From: Candidatus Sericytochromatia bacterium
GTDB lineage: Bacteria; Cyanobacteriota; Sericytochromatia; S15B-MN24; UBA4093
Reading direction: 5' to 3'
Length of the DNA stretch: 32,000 nucleotides
Assembly (NCBI GenBank): GCA_036676455.1
Contig: JAKFCW010000047.1
Span: forward strand, 69,203-101,202
The translations under genes and the position numbers were made by a program. Below are positions 7,391-14,711 of this stretch, piece by piece. Each line of letters starts with the position of its first letter. The stretch's first letter is position 1. The notes beneath the pieces are model-generated. The model ran no database searches, was not told where the DNA came from, and saw nothing but the letters and a program-made list of their open reading frames with translations.

Positions 7391-8422
7391 TTAGTTGATG
7401 GTGATCTTGTACTCGGTAAGCGGGTCCAGCTCCGTCACGCCGAGATCCGGAAAGACCTGACCATCGTACGAGTTGAAGTCCACGTTCGCCGTGGTGGGAC
7501 CCGCCAGATCAACCGTGACGTTGCGCACCTGGCCATTGACCAGGGTGATCGCTTGCTCGATACGGTTCGCCGCGGTACCGGCGGCGTCCTTCGTGACGAT
7601 ATGCAGCTTCCAGGTGCCCGCGTGCACGGGGCCGATCGTTTGAACCTGGCCACCAGCCAGGTTGAGCATGAGGGGGGAGGCAGGATCATCCACCCAGGCA
7701 TCGAACTTGTATCCGGTCGGCAACCCATTGAGCCTCAAGCTCACCCGTCCCCAAGGCTTCACGTAGTTGACGGATTCCGCCGGAATGGCGCCGCCATTCG
7801 CCCGCATGTACTGGCCGATCTTGACTCCGTCCACCAAGCTCGGATGCATGGCCAGCGGTCCCGTGACGGTGACGCCCCACAAGATCATGTCGTTCACCAG
7901 CTTCTGCACCTGGCTGACATTCGTACTGATGGCCATCGCCGCGTTCCCGTTCTCGAGCATGTTCGTGTACACCTCGGACGTGGCAGTGGTGGTCCACGAC
8001 AAGTCGACCTCGTTGGCACCGGGCTCGATGGTCTTCACCGCGCCCACCACCGCTCCGGAGACCTCCGAGTCATCGGTCCTCAGGGCAAAGGCCTTGAAAA
8101 CGCGGTTAGGGCCCATCGGGACGTTGAACTGGACAGAGCCCGTTCCGGCGGCGATGGAAATCGTCTCGGAGAGGGGCGTCACCATCCCGGGGCCCGTGAC
8201 CTCAACGCGGGCCTTGGTGATTTCATAGGTCGGAACCGTCTGGACGCCGAAGCTGGAACTCGTGATCTTCGGAGTGAAGGCGCCCAAGGAGATCGTGACC
8301 GGCGCCGTCTTGGTAGCCACCTGAGGCACCGAGCCCTGGTCGAGAGCCGTTGGAGCGAAAGGCTGGCATGCCGAGACCGACATGGCCGCTGCTGCCGCCA
8401 GGCTGAGTATGATGCGCTTCAT
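7391..8422 (-). CDS. lipoprotein of unknown function, same family as the 15.2-22.9 kb array
   Basis: 343-aa ORF with AAGGGGG upstream. The lipobox is AAMSVSAC. The N-terminal module is beta-rich (VTISLGAFTPKITSSSFGVQTVPTYEITKARVEVTGPG). The composition is natural, unlike the Arg-rich antisense ORFs. Confidence 0.8.
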   Translation of the reverse strand: MKRIILSLAAAAAMSVSACQPFAPTALDQGSVPQVATKTAPVTISLGAFTPKITSSSFGVQTVPTYEITKARVEVTGPGMVTPLSETISIAAGTGSVQFNVPMGPNRVFKAFALRTDDSEVSGAVVGAVKTIEPGANEVDLSWTTTATSEVYTNMLENGNAAMAISTNVSQVQKLVNDMILWGVTVTGPLAMHPSLVDGVKIGQYMRANGGAIPAESVNYVKPWGRVSLRLNGLPTGYKFDAWVDDPASPLMLNLAGGQVQTIGPVHAGTWKLHIVTKDAAGTAANRIEQAITLVNGQVRNVTVDLAGPTTANVDFNSYDGQVFPDLGVTELDPLTEYKITIN

Positions 8423-8499
8423 TGAGTACCCCCTTCCCCGGCTCGACCTGCGGTTCGACTTTGGCCGGGATTTTGCGATGTCGATGCTACGTAGTTATC

Positions 8500-8528
8500 T
8501 AGTTAACCTTACCATTGCTTGCTTCAAA
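8500..8528 (-). promoter_or_regulatory. candidate promoter for the 343-aa lipoprotein gene
   Basis: On the minus strand: TTGAAG (8528-8523), a 17-nt spacer, then TAACTA (8505-8500). It sits in the most A/T-rich patch of the 101-nt gap. Confidence 0.2.
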
Positions 8529-9294
8529 CGGCTCCACCATGAGCAAGAAGTCGCTCGGTATCGGCGTAAATTGCCAGGTAATACGGAACCGTCAGCCGCT
8601 TTTGATCCTCGCACTCGAGCACCCATCCCAGGGGATGCGATACCAATACCCGTCCGTACAGGTTGCCCAGGCGCAAGCCCTCTCCAGGCCTGACCTTTTT
8701 CAAGCCCCTTCCCAAGACGAGGCTGGACAGGAGCAAACCGGTGGGGACAGCGAGGAGCGCCGAGACCCAAGGGGCCCAGGTAGCAAGGACGCTGAGTTCC
8801 AGGGTGGCCGCCAGGGTCGAAAGCCCGAATTGCGCGGATAGCAAGGCCGTCGCGATGCAGAGGGGAGGAAGGGCGATCGCCCCTTGCGGAACGATCCGCA
8901 TCTGGCGCTCCAGCTTCCGTTGCGCCGCGTCCTCGAGCTTGGCGAGCAACTCCGCGAGCACCGCTGCCACCGTTTCGGGATCGTCAGTCTGATCGAGAGT
9001 TTGCGTGAGACTTCCCCACGGGTCCCCATCCGATGGCTCAACGGGTTCGATGAGTGGCTTGCCTCTGGTCAGGAAATCGAAGAGGCGAACCCTGGATCGG
9101 ACGCTGGCATCCGGATCCGAGACAGCATCGGGAAAAACGTAGGGATTCGGACGTGGAGCGAGCTCCGGCGCTTCCACCTTGAAGACGTAGGGACTTCGAC
9201 GCGGTAGGCCCTTGATCGTGTTCAGGTCGATGACGTTAGCCATGGGACGTGCCGCAGGCGGTAGATCGGAAGTTCGCTGAGGGACGGACATCAC
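8524..9294 (-). CDS. two-TM membrane protein of unknown function, last gene of the mot operon
   Basis: 256-aa ORF. GTG at 9294 or ATG at 9291 overlaps the motB stop. The N-terminal ~140 aa are Pro/Asp-rich and soluble. Two hydrophobic segments follow (AIALPPLCIATALLSAQFGLSTL, WVSALLAVPTGLLLSSLVLG), then a short C-terminal domain. Confidence 0.65.
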   Translation of the reverse strand: MMSVPQRTSDLPPAARPMANVIDLNTIKGLPRRSPYVFKVEAPELAPRPNPYVFPDAVSDPDASVRSRVRLFDFLTRGKPLIEPVEPSDGDPWGSLTQTLDQTDDPETVAAVLAELLAKLEDAAQRKLERQMRIVPQGAIALPPLCIATALLSAQFGLSTLAATLELSVLATWAPWVSALLAVPTGLLLSSLVLGRGLKKVRPGEGLRLGNLYGRVLVSHPLGWVLECEDQKRLTVPYYLAIYADTERLLAHGGAV

Positions 9295-10025
9295 GGGGCC
9301 TCCTTCGGTTCGACCACGGGAATGGTTGCCGGGCGAGACTCGGGATAGAGCCGGATCACGATCCTGCGGTTGCGCGCCTGATTCTCCGGAATCGGCTTGC
9401 CCGCAGCGTCACGGTTGGGAACCTTCGGGTGGATATCCGAGTAGCCTGCGGCCTTGAGGCGCGATTGCTCCACGTCGGCCTCCAGCATGAAGCGGATGAC
9501 GTTCGTGGCCCGCCGCGCGGAGAGCTCCCAGTTGGAGGGAAATTCGGCGGTGCGAATCGGGTTATCGTCCGTATGCCCCTCCACCTCGATGGTGTAGGAA
9601 CGGTAGGTTTCGTTCTTCAACTCCTCGGCGATCTCGGTGAAGGTAGGCTTGATCGTCGGCAACAGCTCGGCCTTGCCGCTGTTGAAGAGGATGTTGGACG
9701 AGAATTCGACTACCACGCCCTTCTTGTCCTGGCTGACCTCGACCTGCTTTTCAAGGCCCTTGCTCTCGACGATCCGCTCGATCTGCTGCTTGATCTCCGA
9801 AATCGGACGTGCCGTTTCCTTACCGGTAAAGTCCTTTTGAAGCTGGGCGGAGACCTGCTCGAAGGCGCTGATGTCGACCGTTGAGACCGCCAGCATCATG
9901 ATGAAGAGCGCCATCAGGTTGGTGATGGTGTCGGCGTACGTGATCAGCCAGCCCTCGTCCTCCTGAAGTCCGCTGGAGCGGTGGGATCCGAAGGGATTGC
10001 GGTTCTGGCCGAAAGGACTTGCCAT
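9291..10025 (-). CDS. motB: MotB-type stator subunit with an OmpA-like peptidoglycan-binding domain
   Basis: 244-aa ORF. The TM segment carries the conserved Asp (WLITYADTITNLMALFIMMLAV). The C-terminal OmpA-like motif is VEGHTDDNPIRTAEFPSNWELSARRATNVIRFM. Confidence 0.9.
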   Translation of the reverse strand: MASPFGQNRNPFGSHRSSGLQEDEGWLITYADTITNLMALFIMMLAVSTVDISAFEQVSAQLQKDFTGKETARPISEIKQQIERIVESKGLEKQVEVSQDKKGVVVEFSSNILFNSGKAELLPTIKPTFTEIAEELKNETYRSYTIEVEGHTDDNPIRTAEFPSNWELSARRATNVIRFMLEADVEQSRLKAAGYSDIHPKVPNRDAAGKPIPENQARNRRIVIRLYPESRPATIPVVEPKEAP

Positions 10026-10846
10026 CAGGTCCTCGCGGGGGTCTTAGCCCCCTTCGATGCCGCGAAGTGGTCGTAGTGGAAGGCGGGATCCATCAGCGCG
10101 TTCAAGCGATCCTGGACGTACAGGGGCGCCTTCTTCTGCGCGATGAGGACGATGCCCTCGAGTTGCATGTAGCGGCGGTGGCGCTGGATTTCCAGGATCT
10201 GCTGGGTCTTGGAGGCCGCCGGGATGAAGAGCAGGCGGGCCGCCATGACGCCATAGAGGGTGGCCAGGAGCGCCACGGCCATCGCGGGACCGATCTTGGA
10301 GGGGTCGGATCCCATGTTGGCCATCATGATGACCAGACCGATCAAGGTCCCCACCATCCCGAAGGCCGGCGCATGGCCACCCATCTGGTGAAGGATGGTG
10401 GCGGGAACCATGCGTCGCTGATGCTCCGACTCGATGAAGTCCCCCAGGAACAAGCGCAGGTCGGGCTCCTTGTAGCCGTTCATGAGCAGGGTCAGGGCGT
10501 ACTTCAAGAAGCCATCGAGCTTCTTTTTGGCGACCTCATCCTCGAGGGGACCGAGGCTCTGCTGGGTCGCGTAAGACCACTCGACCATCTGCTTGATGTC
10601 TGAGCGCAGGGTGCTGGGCTGGATCGGCTGCATGACGAAGATGCGGCCGAGCGTGACGAGCGCGCGCCAGACGTAGCGACTCCGCGCCCCGATCATCGCC
10701 GCGGCCACGGTGCCGCCGAAGATGATGGCAAACGGCTCCAAGCTCCAGAACATCGCGATGCTGCCGGAGTGCGCGACGATCGCCCAGCCGGTCAGGCCGA
10801 AGCCCAGGATGATTCCGAGGACGGTGGAGATCGAGATCATCGGCAT
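10025..10846 (-). CDS. motA: MotA/PomA-type stator channel subunit
   Basis: 273-aa ORF with GGAGG upstream. There are two N-terminal TM segments and a large cytoplasmic loop. The signature GGHAPAFGMVGTLIGLVIMM is present, and the last TM segment contains LLFIPAASK. Both conserved prolines are present. Confidence 0.9.
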   Translation of the reverse strand: MPMISISTVLGIILGFGLTGWAIVAHSGSIAMFWSLEPFAIIFGGTVAAAMIGARSRYVWRALVTLGRIFVMQPIQPSTLRSDIKQMVEWSYATQQSLGPLEDEVAKKKLDGFLKYALTLLMNGYKEPDLRLFLGDFIESEHQRRMVPATILHQMGGHAPAFGMVGTLIGLVIMMANMGSDPSKIGPAMAVALLATLYGVMAARLLFIPAASKTQQILEIQRHRRYMQLEGIVLIAQKKAPLYVQDRLNALMDPAFHYDHFAASKGAKTPART

Positions 10847-10855
10847 TTCAACCTC

Positions 10856-12013
10856 CTATCGGAACGACATGCCGATGGTGGCATGGTAGCTCATCCCGCC
10901 GTACGTCATCGAATTCGCATAGCCGCTGCCGGCTGGGGCCAGGCTGACGTCCTGCTGCGGCACGTAGGTGAGCCCGAGGTTCATGAAGAGGTCCGGCGTG
11001 AAGCGGATCAAGAAGCCTCCCTTTGCGGTGGAGGGCTGGCGCAACGCGTCTGCGAGCGAGATCGCGAAGCCCGGCCCTGCGTACAGGTTGACCACGCCGA
11101 GGTTGTCCTTGCCCCCGAAGAGCGGGTCGAGACGCATGAACAGCAAGGGGGAGACGTTGACCAGGCCGTGATAGAGCGAGAAGTCGACGCCGCCGCCCTG
11201 GATGTACTCGGCATCGATACCGACCGCGAGATTCTCCCAGAAGTAGGTGTTGCGGAGCGCCATCACGCCAGCGCTCAGCGAGAGATCCGCATGACGCGCG
11301 GGAACTCCGGCCGTGGACGAGACCCGGTCGGCGGCGAAGCCCGTCACGCCGGAATAAAGGTAGACGCCATTGTCCCGGGTCTTCCGCTCGAGTTCGGCGC
11401 GCTTGGCGGCCTCGGCCTTGCGGGCTTCTTCCTCCGCCTTGGCGCGCATGGCGGCGCCCTGCCGAACGGCGTTGAAGTCGTAGGCATAGCGATGCGTCCA
11501 GACGATCTCGCCATCCGAGGCGCGCACCAGCTTGAGATGAACCATGACCACCTCGTTGGTCACGAAGGGCGCGTACATGAGCACGGCATCCGCCCCGACG
11601 TTTCCGGCCAGATCGCGCAGGCGATCCAGCGACTCGATGGTCGTGCTGACCTGGAGCTCGGTAGGCGTCGAGACGATCTTGCGGACCTTAGACTCGCGCG
11701 ACTCCACCACCTTGAAGCGACGAAGCGGCAGCAAGAGCTCGTGAAGGCGGTTCTCGACGAGGAGATCCAGCTTGTCGGTCTCGGGGCGGCGGCGCTCATT
11801 GAAAAGAAAGATCCGCAATAGCGTGGGATCGATCTTGGTGATCTCCTCGGGAAGCGCCGGGATGATCTGCTCGGCAGCCTGACTGTAGTTCAAGAGATCC
11901 GTGACGAGGGGATGCAGGGCAGGCGGCTCGACCTCGGCCATTGCCGGCGACGCGACGCTAGTCAAGGCGAGCGAAAGCGCGATTCCTCCAGATAGTAGCC
12001 ACTTGGCGCTCAC
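10856..12013 (-). CDS. secreted protein: periplasmic alpha/beta domain, charged coil and C-terminal beta-barrel (putative outer-membrane component)
   Basis: 385-aa ORF with a GTG start and GGAGGAGG upstream. The signal peptide is ALSLALTSVASPAMA-EV. The coil is AAMRAKAEEEARKAEAAKRAELERK. The last ~190 aa show alternating hydrophobicity and are Gly/aromatic-rich, ending in ...YHATIGMSFR. Confidence 0.75.
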   Translation of the reverse strand: MSAKWLLSGGIALSLALTSVASPAMAEVEPPALHPLVTDLLNYSQAAEQIIPALPEEITKIDPTLLRIFLFNERRRPETDKLDLLVENRLHELLLPLRRFKVVESRESKVRKIVSTPTELQVSTTIESLDRLRDLAGNVGADAVLMYAPFVTNEVVMVHLKLVRASDGEIVWTHRYAYDFNAVRQGAAMRAKAEEEARKAEAAKRAELERKTRDNGVYLYSGVTGFAADRVSSTAGVPARHADLSLSAGVMALRNTYFWENLAVGIDAEYIQGGGVDFSLYHGLVNVSPLLFMRLDPLFGGKDNLGVVNLYAGPGFAISLADALRQPSTAKGGFLIRFTPDLFMNLGLTYVPQQDVSLAPAGSGYANSMTYGGMSYHATIGMSFR

Positions 12014-12016
12014 CGA

Positions 12017-12766
12017 TTACCTCCTCCGATTCCGAATCCAGTCAAGCGCTTGCTGCGCGTCCGAGAGCCGTGGGTCCAACTCGAGGGCCCGGACCCACCC
12101 TTCCTCCGCCTGGCGCTCCCGACCAAGCTTGAAGCAAATCGATCCCCGCATGGCATGCAGGTGCGCCACCTGGTCGTCCACGCCCAGCGCGGCATCGACG
12201 ACCTCCAGGGCACTCTGGTAGCGGCCCTGCTGGGCCAGGCGCGGAGCACGGTAGAGCGCGTCGGCGACGATCTGCAGGCGTTCCGAGCCCAGCTCACGCG
12301 ACGCCGGTATCGCCGGAGCCTTGGCAGCGGCCGGCATCGGCAGCTCCGCATTCTTCGGGGTGGGAGTGGGGGAGGCCTGCGCCTGCAACTCCTCTTCCGC
12401 ATACTGCAGCCATTCGTAGGGCACATGGCTGGCGCTGGGGGAAGGCATCGGCTCGGGAAGGGCGCTGGTGGCCGACTCCTTGGCGTCGGTGCTCGAGGCT
12501 TCAGGGGTCGGCGAGGCCGCGGGAATCGCCCCCGGCGCGGGAGATTTGTCCATCTCGATGCGCAGGAAGAAATCAGGTTGATTGGTATCCAAGAGGGAAT
12601 CCACGTCAACCGTTTCCAGCCCGCGCTTCAGGTGGATGACTCCCTCGCGCTGGCCGGAAACCGGCGACGTCAGGCCCTGCTGGATGAGGACGAGGGGAAG
12701 CGTGGCGACGATGGTCAGGCCGTAGGCGATCGCCCAGACGCGCCGACGGTTCGGCAGATTTGCCAT
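12017..12766 (-). CDS. inner-membrane-anchored periplasmic TPR protein
   Basis: 249-aa ORF with GGAGGAAA upstream. The positively charged N-terminus and TM segment are MANLPNRRRVWAIAYGLTIVATLPLVLI. A Pro/Ala/Ser linker leads to C-terminal TPR-like units (RLAQQGRYQSALEVVDAAL, HAMRGSICFKLGRERQAEEGWVRALELDP). Confidence 0.75.
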   Translation of the reverse strand: MANLPNRRRVWAIAYGLTIVATLPLVLIQQGLTSPVSGQREGVIHLKRGLETVDVDSLLDTNQPDFFLRIEMDKSPAPGAIPAASPTPEASSTDAKESATSALPEPMPSPSASHVPYEWLQYAEEELQAQASPTPTPKNAELPMPAAAKAPAIPASRELGSERLQIVADALYRAPRLAQQGRYQSALEVVDAALGVDDQVAHLHAMRGSICFKLGRERQAEEGWVRALELDPRLSDAQQALDWIRNRRR

Positions 12767-12768
12767 GG

Positions 12769-14613
12769 TTAGTTTCCTCCGGCTTGCGGAATCACCAGCA
12801 CGCGGGTGGTCTGGCGAATCCGGCTAAGCAAATCACGGCGCATGGCCTCCCGGGCCTCCGGGTTGGCATCCAGCAGAGACGGGCCCTTGAGGGCCTCCTC
12901 GACGACCATGCGGCCGCGCTCGTTGAGCGCACCAACGAGCGCGTTGAGCACGTCGGCCGGCGCATCGCGCAGCACCTCGGCGAGTTGCTCCTTGGGGAAA
13001 TCGCGGACCGCATCGCGCAGCACGTCCTTGGGGAGCTTCGGCAAGTCGTCGAATGCCACGTAGCTTTGCTTGACCTGCTTGAGCACCTGGGGGTTCTGGG
13101 TCGACAGCTCCTGCATGATGCGCCGCTCCATCTCCCGGTCGGAGTGGTCCAACAGGCCCACCAGCACGCCGATGCCGTTGGTGACGCCCGTCGAGAAGCG
13201 CGGCGCCTCCGACGCCTTGCTTGCAAGGTGAAGCGCGATGTCGTTGAAGGTCTCGAGGGGAATCTCGGAAAGCGCGCCCATGGCTGCGGTGACGGTTCCC
13301 AGCTCCCCGGGACTCAGCAGGTGCATCAGGCCGATCGCCCGCTGGGGAGGCAGCTGGGAGAAGGCCAGCGCCTGGACGCGTGGGGACTCGTCCTGGAGGA
13401 TGTAAATGATTTGCGAGTCGTCGAGCGTCTGAAGAAAGGCGAAAGGCTCGTTACGGCGCGTGCTCGTCCGAGAACCGGCCGTGTGGCGATCGCGCACGAT
13501 GGCGCGAATGGCCTCGCTGAGGGCCTGTTGCAACTCCTCGGCGGGAACGTCGGCACGCTCGAACTGCTTGAGCTCGATCGCCCGCCAGATTTCCTCCGAG
13601 ACGCCTGCGAAGAGGCGACGGCTCACGCCCGCCCCGAGGGTACGGGTCAGCAGCGAGGCCCGCTCCATGCCAAGTTCTTGACCGAGCAGCTGGTGCATGT
13701 AGCGCTCGGCAAGCTCGGGCTCGCTCAGGATCAGCATCGTCAACTCGTGGCGCAGCGGCTCGAGGTTGGGCCCCTGAGGCTCGGCCGGCGTGCTCTTGAG
13801 AGCCGAAGCCGCGTGTGCGGCCTGCGGTGCGAGGGAAGGCGCATCCGGACGACGGCGCGAACGCGTGAGCAGCCACCCCAAGCCCAGTCCGGCGCCGGCA
13901 GCCAGGACGGCCCACGCCCACGGCGGAAGGAGCGGAGAATCAGCCGTGCCGGCGGGAGTCGACGGGAAGTCGCGGCGCGTGATCTCGACGATCAGGTCCC
14001 GGGCGTAGGCATGATCCACCTTCTGGGCGACCATGTTGCGAATGAAGTCCTCATCCTGGCTCGTCAGGGAGGTGGGCAGCACGACAGAAACTTTCAAACG
14101 ATCGATCGACTGGGTTGGAGCCGGATCGTTCGGAGGAGCCACGGGCGCCGGATTCGGCAGATAGGGCATCGCCATGGAGGAAGGCGGCTCGAGCGTCTCA
14201 TCCTCACGCTGTCCCCCGAAGAGGCCCGGAAGGATCGGCGGCTCGTCGGCGCCACGTGTCGACAGAGCCGAGGGCCGCTGCGTCGGAAGCTGGGGCAGCA
14301 TCTGAGGCGCTTGCTGAGGGAGCGGCTGTTGCACGTAAGCGGGCCGCGAGCCGCGCTCTCCGCCCTCCTTGAGGATCGCCTTCACCTGCACGATGAAGCG
14401 GTCGGCGCCGAGGTAGGCGCTCAGGCCACGATCCAGGCTCTCCTCGAGGTAGCGCTCGTAGCTCAGCACTCCCAGCTCAGACTCCGATCGGGGAACTTCC
14501 GGCGGATTGAGCTGCGCGCTGGCGGCCATGGGAACGAGGGTCCCCGCCAGCAGCGCTCCAATAATGACGGCTTTTCGATTCTTCAACGGTACGCAACCTC
14601 GCAATTGGTTCAA
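12769..14613 (-). CDS. membrane protein: FliF-like periplasmic segments fused to a FliG-like cytoplasmic region (N, middle and C-terminal parts)
   Basis: 614-aa ORF. The start is uncertain: TTG at 14613 or TTG at 14586. There are two TM segments. FliF-like patterns are YERYLEESLDRGLSAYLGADRFIVQVKA and IDRLKVSVVLPT...ARDLIVEITRRDF, the second lying directly before TM2. FliG-like stretches are FLQTLDDSQIIYILQDESPRVQALAFSQLPPQRAIGLM and VAFDDLPKLPKDVLRDAVRDFPKEQLAEVLRDAPADVLNALVGALNERGRMVVEEAL. Confidence 0.8.
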   Translation of the reverse strand: MNQLRGCVPLKNRKAVIIGALLAGTLVPMAASAQLNPPEVPRSESELGVLSYERYLEESLDRGLSAYLGADRFIVQVKAILKEGGERGSRPAYVQQPLPQQAPQMLPQLPTQRPSALSTRGADEPPILPGLFGGQREDETLEPPSSMAMPYLPNPAPVAPPNDPAPTQSIDRLKVSVVLPTSLTSQDEDFIRNMVAQKVDHAYARDLIVEITRRDFPSTPAGTADSPLLPPWAWAVLAAGAGLGLGWLLTRSRRRPDAPSLAPQAAHAASALKSTPAEPQGPNLEPLRHELTMLILSEPELAERYMHQLLGQELGMERASLLTRTLGAGVSRRLFAGVSEEIWRAIELKQFERADVPAEELQQALSEAIRAIVRDRHTAGSRTSTRRNEPFAFLQTLDDSQIIYILQDESPRVQALAFSQLPPQRAIGLMHLLSPGELGTVTAAMGALSEIPLETFNDIALHLASKASEAPRFSTGVTNGIGVLVGLLDHSDREMERRIMQELSTQNPQVLKQVKQSYVAFDDLPKLPKDVLRDAVRDFPKEQLAEVLRDAPADVLNALVGALNERGRMVVEEALKGPSLLDANPEAREAMRRDLLSRIRQTTRVLVIPQAGGN

Positions 14614-14677
14614 CTCTTTCCCCAGGATAGCGCTCGGCGCGCGATTCAGCGGTGACCCTCGTCATAGCCGGGTGCGG

Positions 14678-14687
14678 TATGATAACA
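14678..14687. promoter_or_regulatory. candidate overlapping divergent -10 elements
   Basis: The plus strand reads TATGAT (14678-14683), upstream of GGAGG (14699-14703) and the ATG at 14712. The minus strand reads TGTTATCAT (14687-14679), an extended -10 type element upstream of the 614-aa gene. No convincing -35 was found on either strand. Confidence 0.2.
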
Positions 14688-14711
14688 CCAGATAGTTCGG
14701 AGGCCATTCTC

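Noticed and set aside
9291-10846. MotA/MotB interpreted as a Zorya-type (ZorAB) anti-phage module or as TolQR/ExbBD
   Set aside because: ZorA proteins are much longer and have an extended C-terminal tail, and they come with ZorC/D-type or ZorE-type partners. None of these is present. TolR and ExbD lack the OmpA-like domain seen here. The adjacent FliG-like protein argues for a rotor-stator relationship.
10769-11821. 350-aa plus-strand ORF across the motA start and the barrel-protein gene. Similar long antisense or off-frame ORFs occur at 21523-22854, 29987-31294, 3662-4474, 7553-8425, 12050-12772 and 12010-12609.
   Set aside because: All have the skewed Arg/Gly/Asp/His composition typical of high-GC shadow ORFs. 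All overlap genes that have strong motif support on the other strand or in another frame.
12760-14655. 631-aa plus-strand ORF antisense to the FliF/G-like gene
   Set aside because: The sequence is Arg/Leu/Gly-rich with no recognisable domain. The minus-strand frame has TM segments and colinear FliG-like motifs, and it is tightly coupled to the downstream genes.
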